Below, piece after piece: positions 46,720 through 61,134 of a stretch of DNA of 64,000 bases (position 1 is its first letter; every line of letters starts with the position of its first letter). Where the stretch lies: NCBI RefSeq assembly GCF_009914755.1, contig NC_060927.1; one strand, written 5' to 3'. Both the position numbers and the translations under genes were made by a program. This DNA is from the human T2T-CHM13v2.0 reference genome, Homo sapiens. The notes beneath the pieces are model-generated. The model made no database searches, was not told the origin of the DNA, and saw only the letters and a list, made by a program, of their open reading frames with translations.

Positions 46720-47306
46720 TGAATTTTTCAAATTCAGTAAAGGAAAATGGCTTCCAAAGAAGAAATATATATTATATTTCTTAAAATTTGTCAAGTCCTC
46801 AGCATTAGGACAATGCTAAAGATAATGAACTTTTATAATGATGATAGTTTACCTTGCTACATTTTAATGGCATGGCCTTTCTTTAAATGAGTCTTAGCTA
46901 GAGGCAATTGCAGGATTTAAAATGAGTTTAGAAAAAGATAATCTATGTCTTTCATTTAAACAAAGCAATCGTAAATAAATAAATAAGTAAATACTAAAAT
47001 TGTAACCTTTGGTTATGTTGAGTCTTCAGTAATGCCACATTTTCCTTGTGTTGAAAATTCTTCAGTGTGCTGATGATAAGTTTTATTTTGCGTAAGATTA
47101 AAGGTTTTTCACTGATACGTAAATTTATTTTCCATCTCCTGCATTTTTAGTCTATCTTTAATCACATATTTTGTAAGATATCAAGCATAAAATTTCAGAG
47201 CAAGTTATAAAAAATGTGTTTTTCACTGATATTCATGTCAGTTATCTTTCTACATAAAGACGGATTCCTATTCTGTCATTTGTAAATTAGAATAAAAATT
47301 TCTTAC

Positions 47307-47454
47307 CTGTGTATATTGCAAGTCAGTAGCAAGTGGAATATCTGAACTTCTTTTTACCCTTCAGATGAAATTCATATTGCTGCACTGGTGCTGTATGATT
47401 TGTTGACTAATGCTATAGCATTCATATTTGATTTCCCAAAAGTTTAACATTTTT
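47307..47454 (-). other. Candidate 148-nt minus-strand exon (non-coding or pseudo-exon)
   Basis: Strong acceptor tcttcccctttattctag|AAAAATG and strong donor ACACAG|gtaaga. All three frames contain at least one stop. Confidence 0.45.
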
Positions 47455-49140
47455 CTAGAATAAAGGGGAAGACCAGCATGTATTACTGTTATATGATGGT
47501 CTTTCTATAATACAAGATATAGGTTTTATACCTTAACTCTATAGAAATGCTAGTCTAAATCACCAATACAAAATATACTGTCTAAAATAACAAACAGGAA
47601 CAACAGCAATAATGCGAGTATTTCACAAAAAGAAGTATCATGAAGCAAATAATTATGAATTTCTGGATTACTGGTTTACAGCAATATAGAATGAAGCACA
47701 TGAAATATTACTTAATATTACTTGAAAGCTTGAAATGGGAAACAAAGAGTATAAGTTCAGCTAAAATAGCTCTCAAGAAGCAAAAATGCTCATTACTGTG
47801 AAAATACAAGAAAGAAGTCTTGGTAGAGCAAAGAGATATAGAAAAAATTATTTTAAAATATGGGAGCTTTAGGCAATCTTTGAAACTCATTACTACTGGG
47901 GAAAATAAGGGAGTAAGATTTTGGAGACTAAATAGTGAATAAAATAATAATAATGAGAGGAATATTGAAGAACCTTTAAGACAAAAGAGACTAAATATCA
48001 AAGGATGTAGGAAACACTTACCAAAAATTTAAAAAAAATGAACATGGAAAGAAAGAAAGGAATGAAAGAAAAGAAACCATAGATAAAACTGCAAAACTTC
48101 TTTGCCAGACTAACAAAAGAAGATGAATCCTGTTCATAAGTAGACAAAATATTTAATCATTTATGCAAAGCAACAAAAACAAAACAAAAAATGAAAATTA
48201 ATATGCCAAATGATAACAGTTTTCTTAAAGAAACCCCACAAAACTGAAGCAGCTACAAAGGAGCACACTCTAAAAGGAAATACATGTTTGTGAGCACACT
48301 TCTGGGGATATTATTTAAAAACAAAATATGAAAGATACATTTTAAAACTGATAATGGATTTTTACAGAATAGAAGAAATGAAGCAAGAATTAATTGAAAT
48401 AAGAAACATAAATGGAAGAGAAAAAAATGTTCTCAGAAAAGAAGACAAAATTATGATATACCAAAGAGAACATAAAGTATTATGAAAACTTACCTTCCTA
48501 AGAAGGAATAGTTTTTTTTCACTCTCAAAATATATTTTGGAAATGAACAAAGTGATGTCAAATGATCTAGAACTAGGTCCTTTTCTTATCACACTATCAC
48601 TTTGTAATGATGGATAACTCATTCAAATGTTCCAAGTCTCATTTTCCTTTTCCAAAAATAGTAATTGTTTTCTTGTATTTATTAAAGGCTATTATATTTT
48701 CTAAGTTGTTTTGTAGCTCTTTTATCATCTAAGTTCAATCACTATATAAAAATTATTATTGTTGCTTGTCTGTTTTCCCCAGCCGTTAGTTTTAATTTAT
48801 CCATATGCTTAATTCATTATGTCTCTTTCTACATTTTGTTTCTGTGTCTCCTTCAAGAATAAAATTCAAGTTGCCAACTACAGTATAAAACTGTGAGGCA
48901 TTAAATCAATGGTACTTGAGAACCAGAATAGTTCTGATATAGGTGATGGTCATTAAACAAGGTCAGGCTAGTCACGTATCACCTGATTATTTTATTTATG
49001 GAGAAAATAAAGCTGAACAGAAGCATGTGTCCACTTGGCTATGGAAATCAAATTGTAATCCTAGAACTAATGTGGGGAGTCATCAAAGATATTAATCTGC
49101 GGAAGGAGGAAAAGGCACAGACAATTAGACTACATTTTAC

Positions 49141-49195
49141 AGTAATTGAGTGAATGTCAATTGAGTGAATTGTCCCTGACATTCGCTCAATTACT
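49141..49195. repeat. 19-bp inverted repeat with 17-nt spacer
   Basis: AGTAATTGAGTGAATGTCA ... TGACATTCGCTCAATTACT (1 mismatch). Confidence 0.9.
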
Positions 49196-51096
49196 ATAGC
49201 TTTTGACAAGTAATTTCAGGATATTTCTCCCTGTGTACATGTCCCTTTATCAAGCAAGTGTTTTTATAGTTTCAATATTACGTAGAGAAAATTTTAGCGT
49301 GGCTATTTTATTTCTTGATTAGTCTTTTGAAGCTGCAAGTTTATTCAAAATTTCTGTATGGTTTAATGGATCTTATTGTTCTGTATGACTTTGATATTTG
49401 TTTTCAAGCTAATAATACACATAGCTCTTAAAATAAAAATGTAATACAAGATACGTTTTCCCATCATCATTTTTTGGTGTGTGCAAGTTTGTATAAATAT
49501 GCACTCTGAGCAAAATTTAAAGTAAATTGCTTCAGAAATAATCAACTATAACCAAAATTATTTAATAACTATTCACAGTTATATGACACAAATCAAACTT
49601 TTTTTATAATCTTATTTGACTTGGTTATAAGTATTCACAAAAATTACTTATAAGCACATTGATGTTCAGTTCTGAACTGTGAATGTGGCTTACTGCAAAT
49701 GTTCCTCCTACTTATTCATAGTTCAATGAAGATGTTACTCATAATTCCATACTATTTAATTTTGTGGCAAACATGCACAATTGGTTTTGTTTATTCCATC
49801 TCTTTCTTATTTATAAAATTAAATAATCAGCTACCATAAAAAGTGGTGGAGATATATAGTTCTGCGAAGACAAAAGAAAACAAAATTAAAAGAACACATT
49901 GAAGTATGGTAATATAATTACTTTCTCCAAGGAAGGTAAACTAAGTTAGAAAGAAGGTCAGTGAAGATGTGCTATGTGGGAAAGTGCTTTCTTGGTGTTT
50001 ACCCTTAATGACCAACCATTACAGGCTTAAAGAAACAATTTTACACAAATACCTCTGGGTAAATTTTATCTTAAAAATCTAATTTTTGTAATTGTGTTAA
50101 TGGCTTTAAATTTCCTTTGAAGCATAGTTTTAATACAATAGGCTTCTAGTTGATTAAAGTAGAATAATCTTCCCCCTCCTTATAAAATCAGTAATAGCCA
50201 CAGTGTATCTATTGAAATTAATATTTAAATCCTTTTGGAATTATGATCACTGTCTTTGTGTATCTGTCTTTGTTTCTTTTTGGCTCTCTCTGCATCTCTT
50301 CCTAAATCTGTGTGTCCCTTTCTTTCTCTGTTTCTTTGTCTCTCCCGCTCTGTTTCCTCCCCCTTATTTGTCTTTCATCTTCTCTTTTTTTCTCTATCAT
50401 TTTTTCAAGGTGGGAAGTTGCACTCAGAAAGATCAGACTAGTTTCCTATTTAGTATGGTCTTTGGTTTCGAGTCAAAATGTGATGAACCTGGTCATGTAT
50501 CATTGAGCAACTGGGAAATACTAATGTGTGGAGTACTGTAAAAGGTCAGAAAATAGAGTAATTTAAAATCACTTTCCTCTTACTGTCATACATGAACAAA
50601 GTAAAATAAATCAATAGTTGAGCATATGTGTGAATAAATTTAAACTAGTTATTTTGAAAACCCATAAAATTCATAAAAGCTTAATGAAACGAAGAAAGTC
50701 TATTAACCCAAAATACCACCAGAATTCATTAGAGATGATTAAGCCTCTCAGATAACAGATAAATGAACCAATCTCAGTATGAAAAGCGAAATGTGTGGGA
50801 GAGAATCTTAGTTCTCTCTCCCAACACTGTTTTCACTCTCATTTCATGTTCTTGAATAGAGCAGTAGAGTGAATACAAAAGGAATGTTAATTGAAATATT
50901 ATTTTCTTATTCTACATATTAGAGCTTTTGGAAAACAAATGAGAAATATCTAAGGCATATAATTTACTTCCTTTAAAAGATATGATAGTTTAGAGTTAAG
51001 TTAAATCCAATTAGTGAGTTGATAATCTCTGATATATTTATTAGGTAAATTTTATATTATTTAGATCTATATTACTTTTAAAATTACATTAGTATT

Positions 51097-51516
51097 TGAT
51101 ATCATTTGGCTCTGTGTCCCCACCCAAATCTCATCTTGTAATTCCCACGTGTTGTGAGAGGGATCCAGTGAAGCTCCCATAATTCCCACGTGATGTGAGA
51201 GGGATCCAGTGTAGCTCCCATAATTCCCACGAGTTGTGGAAGGGACCCATAGGGGCCAGTCTTTCGTGTGCTGTTCTCGTGATAGTGAATGGGTCTCACA
51301 AGATAGGACGGTTTAAAAATGAGAGTTTCTCTGCACAATCTCTCTCTTTGCCTGCTGCCACCCATCTAAGATGTGACTTGCTCCTCCTTGCCTTGCACCA
51401 TGATTGTGAGGCCTCCCCAGCCATGGGGAACCTGCAAGTCCAATAAGCCTCTTTCTTTTGTAAATTGCCCAGTCTCAGGTATGCCTTTATCAGCAGCATG
51501 AAGATGGACTAATACA
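51097..51516 (+). mobile_element. THE1A/B MaLR solo LTR with internal 41-bp tandem amplification
   Basis: tgatat...ggctctgtgtccccacccaaatctcatcttg...ggactaataca. Perfect 5-bp TSD GTATT (51092-51096, 51517-51521). Confidence 0.93.
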
Positions 51517-54500
51517 GTATTGAATAATATCACATACATTCTCAAATAATAAATTTAACTTAAAATTTTTTAAAATATAAAAATGAAATGTATTGTTGTA
51601 GTTTCCAAATTTCTAACAAAAAAGGGCATGACTAAGAATTAAGCTATTTTTGAAATTAATTTTATCACTACGTTGAATGCTATCAGAATTAAAATGACAG
51701 AGAATGAGAGAGGAGAGAGATGAAATATTTATGAAGTCATTTCAATTAGTTGCACTTCATATAAATACTACTTAACAAGTGGTGTTACATATATTATTTA
51801 GAGCATATTAGTTTATTTAATGCAAAAATTACATTTTAATAGCAATAGTATAATTACATATAATTTTCAGCATCTACATTAAGACGTAATCCATGTACCA
51901 TAAAATGCCATAAAATGCAAGAATTTAAAGTGTATAATTCAATGCTTTTAGTATATCCTAAAACACTTGTAAAACAATCACCACAGTATAAATTTAAAAT
52001 ATTTTCATCTTCTTTCCAGGAAAAAAAAAAAACTTCCCATTAGCAACCACTCTTCACTTCCCTCCCTTACTTATACAAATGCTAATCTTTATTTCATCCC
52101 TACACAATTGTGTTTGTTTAATTTTCATAATAATGACATCATATACCAGGTGATCTTTTGTGACTGGTTCTTTTTATCATAATGATTCCAAGTTTCATAC
52201 AAGTTGTTGAATGTACCTGTATTTCATTATGTATTAATGTGGACTAATATTCCATTGTATGAATATGCTATGACTTATTATCCATTTTTTAGTTGATGGA
52301 CATTTGTGTTATTTCCACTTTTTGACTATTATGAATAATGCTGTTATGAACATTATGAACAAGTTTTGTGTGGACATGTTTTTGTTTCTCTAGAATAGAA
52401 ACATAGGAGCAGATGTCCTGGGTTATAAGGTAACTCAGCATTTAACCTTCTGAGGAACAGACAGTTTTCCAAAAGTCAGCACTGTTTTACATCCCCATCA
52501 GTGAATATAAGGGTTAAAATTGTTCTACATTCTTGGCAACAGTTGCTATCTATGTTTCTGAAGATAGTCATCCTAGTGAGTCCAAAGTGGTATCTTACCA
52601 TCATGTTAATTTGCATTTTTCTAGTGACAAGCAATGTTGAAAATTATTTTATATACTTTTTACCCATTTGTGTATTATCTTTGAGAAAAACTCCATACAA
52701 ATACTGTGCCATTATTTTATCATTTTTATTTTTAATACCTGTTGCTGACTTGAAATGAAACTCCAGTGTCATTATTAATTGGGTTACCTGTCTTTTTTAT
52801 TATTGAGTTGTAAATATTCTCAGATATTTTTGATATTTATTTGTCAGCAAATATATGATGATTGGATTTGCAAATATATCTGTGATTGTCTTTCACTTTC
52901 TTAATGGTATTATTTGCAGTACAACATTTTTAATTTTGAGATACTCCAACATAATGATTTTCCTTTCAACATATGTACTTTTGGTGTCACATCTAAAATA
53001 CAATTGCTCAAACCAAGATCACAAAAATTTATTGTATGTATCCTTTTGAAATTTCTATAGTTTTAGCTTTTACATTGACATCGATGGTCCAGAATTCATA
53101 TCCCCCTATGGTGTAAATAAGGACCCAACTCATTCCTTTGCATATAAGTGTATATTTTTCCCACTACCATTTTTTGAAGAGTCTATTATTTCTCCATTCT
53201 TACTGGCAACCCTGCCAAAAATCAATTGATTTTAAGTGTTAGTTTTTTGTTGTCATATGTTTGTTTTCCTGGACTCACAATTCTATTCCATTTCTCTAAA
53301 TGCCTATTCTTGTGCCAGTACCACACAGTCATGTTGCTCTCATTTTGCAGTACATTTTGAAATTGGGAAGTGTGTGTCACTCAACATCATTCTTTTTTTC
53401 CAATATTATTTTGGGTATTCTGCATCTCTCCCATTTCCATTTGAATCTTAGCATCAGCATGTCAATTTCTGCAAAAAGGGAATCTGTGATGTTGGCAGTG
53501 ACTGCACTGAATGTGTAAATTTGAGGAATATAGCCATCTCAACAATGAAGAGTCAGTGTTCTGGCCCACTAACATGAAATGTTTTTCCAATTGCTTAAGT
53601 CTTCTTTAACTTCTTTGAAAAATGATTTGTAGTTTATAGTATGGATGTCTTATACTCCTTTGTTACATTTATTCTAGTGTTTTATTATTTGGTTGATCCT
53701 ATAAGTAGAGTGTTTCCTTAATTTTGTTTTAGGATTGTTCATTGATAGTGTATGAAAATTAAAATGGTTTTGTATGTTGATTTTATATTGTGTAATCTTG
53801 TTAAACTTTTTTATTAGTCCTAATATCTTCCCTCTCTCTATGGAAATTTTAGAATACATAAATTTATGTTATCTGCAAACACAGAAGAGTTTATACCCTC
53901 TTTTTCAATCTGGATATCTTTGGTTCATTTTTCTTGCTTAATTTCCCCAGATAGAATTTTCAATACAATGTTGAGTGGAAGCAGTAAGAGTGAAAGAAAG
54001 GGCATTCTTACTGTCCTGATTTTAGTAAGAAAGCATTCGGTTTTCATCATTAAGCACGATGTTAGCTGTACCTTTTTCATGAATGTTCTTTATCAGTTTT
54101 AGGAATTCTCTTCTATTGCCAGTTAGTCCAGTGCTTTTATCAAAAAAGGGCGTTGGATTTTGTCAAATGTTATTTTATTTTAGTGATATAATTCTGTGGC
54201 TATTGCCCTTTGTTCTATGGAAATGGTACGTTACATTCATTGATTTTCATGCTAAACCAATCTTGTACTCTTTGGATGAAACTCACTGGATCATGGCATA
54301 TGATTCCTTTTATGTGTTGCAGTATTTTTAAATTTAATAATCTATTGTTGAGGAGTTTTGAATCAATATTTAGAAGAAATATTGATCTATAGTTTCTTTT
54401 CTTGTGGTGTATTTTCCTAGTTTTAGCATTAGAACAACACTGATGCCAGAAAATATGAGAAGTATTCCATTTTCTATTTTTGGAAGAGTTTTTGAGGATT

Positions 54501-56140
54501 TATATTAATTCTTCTTTAAATGGTTTGATTCTCCAGTCAAGTCAGTCCAGTCCTATGCTTTGCTTTGTGGGAATTTTAAGATTAACTAGTTGAATAGTTT
54601 TACTTGCTAGAGTTCTATTCAAAATTTTATTTCTCCTTTAATTATTTTGATAGTTTACATTTTACTAGAAACTTTTTTCGTTTTTAAATATTATCCACTC
54701 TTGTAGCATACAGTTGTTCAAAATATTCCCTTTTAATTATTATCTTTATCTGTAAGTAATATCGCCTTGTTCACTTCTGATTTTAGTAACAATTCATTAT
54801 TTTATTGACTTATATAGCTAAAGGTTTGTCAGTTTTGTGGCTGTTCAGAGTCAACTTTTGCTTTTGTTGGCTTTATATATTAAAAGTAATATATACTATA
54901 ATAAACTTATTTCTACTTTATTATCATTTTTTCTTCTAAATATTTAGAAATTAATTTGCTGTACATTTTTAAACCTTTTAAGGCAGATGTTATGTTATTG
55001 ATTTGAGATCTTGTTTGTTAATATAGGCAATAAAACTTTACATTTCACTCTCATAACTGTTGGCTACATACCATATGTTTTACAAGTAATTTTTTCTGAT
55101 TTTTTAATTTTTTTGTGACTTCTGAAATGATCCATTGGTAATTCAGAAATATGTTAATTTTCATATATTTGTAAAATTTCTAAATTTCCTTCTAATTTTT
55201 AATTTCATTCCATTGAAGGAAATTGAATTAATTTTTAATTTCATTAAAAAATCATCAAACAACATACTTTTTATGATGTCAATCCCTTCATATTTACTAA
55301 GGTTTGCTTTATGGCCTTTGTCATCTTAAAATGTCTGTCTATCTCTGGTAATATGTTTTATTAGGGGCCTAAGTTGGCTTGTTTTATACAGCCACTCCAA
55401 TTGTCTTAAATTTGATATTTGCATGGTAAATATATCTTCCATCATTTTACTTTCAAACTTTCACTTCTTTGAATCTAAATTGTGTCTCCTAGAGTCAACA
55501 TTTAATTGTGTTTTTAGAAAATAATAAGACTAGTATCTACATTTTGTTTGGATTGTATAATACATTCACCTGTATTGTCGTTATTGAAGTGGTACAATTG
55601 ATACCTAGATTCCTGCCATGTTGTATTTTGCTACGTGTCTCATGTCTGTTTTATTCCCTGATCCCCCTATTTATAAATATTTCTTTTTATTAAATGGGTA
55701 TTTGCTAGTGTAACTTATTAATTCTTTTATTTCTTGTAATAATATTCTTAGAATTATTTTATCACAGGTTGCTTCAGAGCTTACTTTAATACCTTATCAA
55801 ATACATTTAGATATAAGCAAACGATTCTAGAAATAAAGAAACCTAGTCTTTTAAAGTTTTTTATCCCTCCTCTTTGTGCTATTTTTCTTTATATATTTAT
55901 AAACCCAATAATAGTATTAATTATTACTTACGTATTTTTACTTTCAGCACTTTGAATGTGTATTTCCAGTGCCTTCTAGCCCCTAATTTTCTTTATGAAA
56001 AGTCCACAGTAGTTAATTTTATTGCAGTTCCCTCATATGTAATGTTTTGTTGTTGTTGTTTTTGGCCGTCAACGTTTTGACTCTGATGTATCTGAGAGTG
56101 TTTATCCTATTTGGAAGTTTTGAGCTTCTTGGGTGGGTAC

Positions 56141-56753
56141 TGTGAACTCAAATTATCTGAGACAAGTCTCAACCAATTCAGAAAGTTTATTTTACCAAGG
56201 TTAAGGACTTGCACATGCAGAACCTGAGGAGGTCCTGATATGCGCCCAAGGTGGTTGGGGTACAGCTTGCTTTTATACATTTTAGGGAGGCATGAGACAA
56301 CAACCAGTATGTGTAAGATGTACATGGTTTGGTTCAGTTCAGGACGACAGGATAACTGGAAGCAGGGGGCAGGTGTCTTCTAGGTCATAGATAGATAAGG
56401 GACAATTGGTTGCATTCTTTTGAGTCTTTGACCAGCCTTTCACTGAATACACAATTTATGTGTGAGAGCAGGATACAGGAATAGTGATTTATGCCTTAGT
56501 CTGGCTTAGTGAATCTGCATTTTTACATAAACGATAGGGCAGAGGAAGCAAGGAGATAAGCATTTTTCTCAGGTGAGCAGAGGGGTGACTTCCTGTCCTG
56601 CACCTGTGAAGATAAGCTATCAATTTATATTGCCAGGGTGAAATTCAACAGAACTGTTTTAGGGTAAAGATCTTGATGCCCATAAGGAATTCCTTGTGGG
56701 CAAATTGTGAGGGGGCTATGCAGCTTTTTAAAAATCTTTGTAACTATCTTATT
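56141..56753 (-). mobile_element. MER4-family LTR lacking its 5' end
   Basis: Reverse complement of MER4 motifs also seen at 16735-17149 (tgtgaactc...tctgagacaagtctca...ttttatacattttagggag). No terminal ..tttcaca on the right side. Confidence 0.85.
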
Positions 56754-57341
56754 TGAAGTTATCCCATATTTCTCTGAGTCTCTTAATTTTTCTTTGTCCT
56801 CTTTTTTCTCTGTTTACTAATCTTGGCTTACATAATCATCTGTCATCAAGTTTGCTGACTTTTCTTATAGCTCAAGTCTACTTTGAAATTCTCATGTGAA
56901 TTTTTCATTTCATTATTATCCTTTTCAACTCCAGAATTGTCATTGGTTTGCTTTATAATTTCTATCTCTTAACTGGTATACTCTATTTTATGAGACATTT
57001 TCATTGTATCTTCTTTACATCCTTTAGATGACATGTTCCCTAGTTTTTTTTGTTTATTGTTTGTTTGTTTTAATATATTTAAAAGAGCTACTTGGAACTC
57101 TTTGTTAGCCAAGTCTAACATCAGGTCTCCTTTAAGAACAGATTTATTATCTTACTTTTTTTTCCTATATATTTGGATATATTTTTTGTTGGAAACTGGA
57201 CATTTTAGATATACATATATATATAGATAGATAGATAGATATTCTGGACTTTCAACGTCTTAACAACTCAATCTTGGAAATGATGTTTTGTTTTTGTTTT
57301 TTTATTTAGTCATTTATTTACTTGTTTAATGACTTGGCTGA

Positions 57342-57669
<328 letters not shown>

Positions 57670-59226
57670 ATGCAGTTCATTTTTATGCAGTATACATCCT
57701 CTGCTGTTTCTTCTCAGATTTTTTTTAATCAATATCTTTGCTATTTTAGATCAGCATAAGTTATATTTGTCAAACGTTATGTTGAAGCTTACTGGTAAGA
57801 TTTTACTCTTTCCATTTTAGCTGTTGGAAGTTGCTATTAGAGTTTAAAGAGTTATTTTTTCTTACTGTCACCCAAGGACCAGTAGCTTAGATTGTTTTTC
57901 TTCTCTCTGATTCCTCCTGAGAGTATAAATCCTTAGAACTGGACATAGTCTTTCAGATTGCCAGGAATGTGTGAAATTATATTTTATGACTGTCTTCCTA
58001 GGACTTACCCCTGGGTCACAGTAGCTTATTGTTCAGTCTATAGCTGGCAGAGGTTTTGAGTAAGCCCCTAGTGCCATTAAAACTGCCACCCTTTGTTTTC
58101 TGAAATGCTTTTGAGTTGTTCCCACTACCTACTCCAATTGCTCTTGAATGAAGGTAGCTTAACACTTCCAACAACTTTCTCATCACTAATGTAGTCTTAA
58201 GCATTCTCTGAAGACTAAAAAAGTTAACAGACAAGATATTATTATTATTATATGGAATGCTATACAACATTAGCTACCCAGGTTTTATATATATATATAT
58301 ATATTTCATTTTAATAGATATTATATTTGAGAGTTTATGCCATATATATTTCCCAAATATATTTCTTATAATAATGTATATATTGACTGAGAAAGTTAAA
58401 AGTTAATCTCCAATAGTGTCTCCTTTAGAGTAAACATTGTCAACATTGTAGTTACTTGTCATTTGCTAATATCAATATCATAATACAAACTCAGGCTTTG
58501 GATACAAATAGTCATAATTTAGAATTGTGCCCTAAAGCTGTCTTTTAATGCAAAAATTGTAAAATTTTAGAAACTCTCTTGTGTTTATTTTTTAAGTCAT
58601 TGCTACAGATATTTTCTCATAGCAATGTCTTGAAGATTAATTATATAACTCCATAAATCAGGATTACTATTATCCTTGTCATTGTTATAAATGTGACTGA
58701 TTTTTAAAATAAATCTTACATTATATTGCATATAAATATTTTTTCCTTTAGTCACCTACAAACATAAGTGACTATTTTATATGAATGAAGTCATAAGCAC
58801 TTTAATAATTGCATTTTATGAGTGTGCTGTGGATTCATTGGTATTATGTTACATAGGTCTTAATTATGTCACCTAACTTTTTTTTAACCACATTTCTTCT
58901 TCTATATAATCTAGAATTTCCTTTTTTTTTCCTTTCAGTGATTTGAAGGCATGTCTTATTCTACTAGTAATTGTCTTTAATAATTATTTTTATATTATTT
59001 TCCTTGATATTGTCAAGGTAAAAGTAAAATATACTCAATGAGACTTTATGAGTTAAAAGTTTGGCACATTTTTACTTCTTCACCTTACTTGGCATTTTAT
59101 TGATACAGTTAAGGGGTTGTTGGTGGTGATGGTGAGTCTGATGGTGATGATGATAATGATGACAGTTAACCATGTTTAAACTGGCTGCATTATACCTCAC
59201 ATTTCAAAATATTTCATGATAAAAAT

Positions 59227-59627
59227 TGATGAAAGAAAAACTTCAGCCAAATTAAATTTAAAGGCACATAATTGAGCAATGAACAATTCGCGAGTCAGGC
59301 AGCATTCTCAGCCAGAGTAGGTTTGGAGATTCCAGCGCAGCCTCATGGTGGAAGATTTATAGACAGAAAAAGGAAAGTGAGGGGAAGAAAATGGAAACGA
59401 GGTACAGAAACAGCTGGATTGCCTATAGCTCCACCTTTGCCTTATTTGAACATGGTTGGAATAGTTGGCTACATTTGATTGGCCAAAACTCTGTGATTGG
59501 CGCAAGTGTAAGCTAATGTCTGGTCTGTTTACACCTTCACTTGATATAGTTCACAATGTGCGGAACAATCTTTAGGCTGAACTTCAAATACATAAGGAGG
59601 AAGCTTTAGGCTAAACTTGATTTAAGG
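59227..59627 (-). mobile_element. MER57-like ERV1 solo LTR
   Basis: aaacttcagccaaattaaatttaaagg...tgattggccaaaactc...ctttaggctaaacttgatttaa. 4-bp TSD AAAT. Confidence 0.8.
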
Positions 59628-60786
59628 AAATCTTCTATGATACTTTTTATGTGTTTTGTTTCTGTTTTTGTTTTGTTTGGCTTTATATCTAGGCCACAGG
59701 ATTGAAATTTTTTTTTTTAACTTTCATTCAGAAAGAGTTTTTTGTTTGTTTGTTTTTGTTGTTGTTGTTGTTTGCTTTTTTTTTTTTTTTTTGGTTTCCA
59801 ATACTCTAAAAATGACTTGGCAGTGGCTGTTAGATTTTTATAGCTACCTGAATAGTTACATTATTATAAGATCGTATTAGTCTTATTTTAATTGTAGCAT
59901 ACTATGTTGTAAAAATTGTACTGTCAGAGTGACATTTTATTCATTTTCTGTTGTGTATATTTTTCTTGCCTGGAGATTTGGGAAATTTTAATTTATAATT
60001 TTTTTTAAATAAAAACACTGTACTATATATAGGTATCAAAATATTTTTATCAATTATTTCCTGCCACTAAAAAGTTGATTTTTTTTTTTGGCAAGTGAAG
60101 TCTGTACTATTTTGTCTTGTCATTAATCATAGGATTGCTTTATTGAATCTAATTCTATACAAAATGAGATCTTCTGTATTGGTTTATAAAGTTTTTTTGT
60201 TGTTTTTATTTACTTTATCTTGTATCTTTCTCATATAAATTCTTGGAGTGTACCTGAACTTTTTCATTGTCTTTGTACTCTTAGTCATTTTTCTGTACAT
60301 TCAGTATCCTGTTCCATTGTAATTTGTTATAGACAATTGTCAGATTCATCTTAAATAAAGTCAAATAATTTCCCTTTAATTTTTCTTTCTCTAGTTTTAT
60401 AAATACAATATCCCCTCAGCTATTGTTAAAAACCCGTTAGATATTGAACAAATTTTTTCACATTCTTGCAATATTTGTTTTTCAGAAGCATTTCTTGTCC
60501 TCCAGCATATTTTCATGGATTAGATGAATTTTTCTTTTTCCTCATCTTATTTTTGAGAATATTTTACAATTACTCTTGCCTTGCTTTGTCTATCTTTAGA
60601 AAATATGCCTAGCTAACCTGACATTTTCTTTGAAATGTTTGGTTATTTGAGAATGTCCTCTCACCCCTGTGATTTAGGAATAACAGGTGAGGGTACATGA
60701 GTTTTTTTCTTCACCTATTTTATAATACTTTCTAATGAAATACTCTATTATATAATGACACTCTCTAATAAGAAAAGTCATTGATG

Positions 60787-61098
60787 GGCCAGGCACGGTG
60801 GCTCACACCTATAATCCCAGCACTTTGGGAGGCCGAGGCATGCAGATCACAAGGTCAGATCGAGACCGTCCTGGCTAACATGGTGGAATCCTGTCTCTAC
60901 TAAAAACACAAAAAAATTATCCAGGCGTGGTAGCGGGTGCCTGTGGTCCCAGCTACTCGGGAGGCTGAGGCAGAGAATTGCTTGAACCCAGGAGGCGGAG
61001 CTTGCAGTGAGCCGAGATCAAACCATTGCACTCCAGCCTGGGCCACAGAGTGAGACTCTGTCTCAAAAAAAAAAAAAAAAAAAAAAAAAGAAAGGAAT
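60787..61098 (+). mobile_element. AluY-like
   Basis: Full Alu with long A tail. TSD gaaaagtcattgatg / gaaaagtcattgaca. Confidence 0.95.
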
Positions 61099-61134
61099 GA
61101 AAAGTCATTGACATCATTGGCTTTATCACCCTGT

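Noticed and set aside
47780-48500. A-rich stretch as a plus-strand L1 remnant or coding region
   Set aside because: Similarity is too faint to call by eye and there is no sustained ORF.
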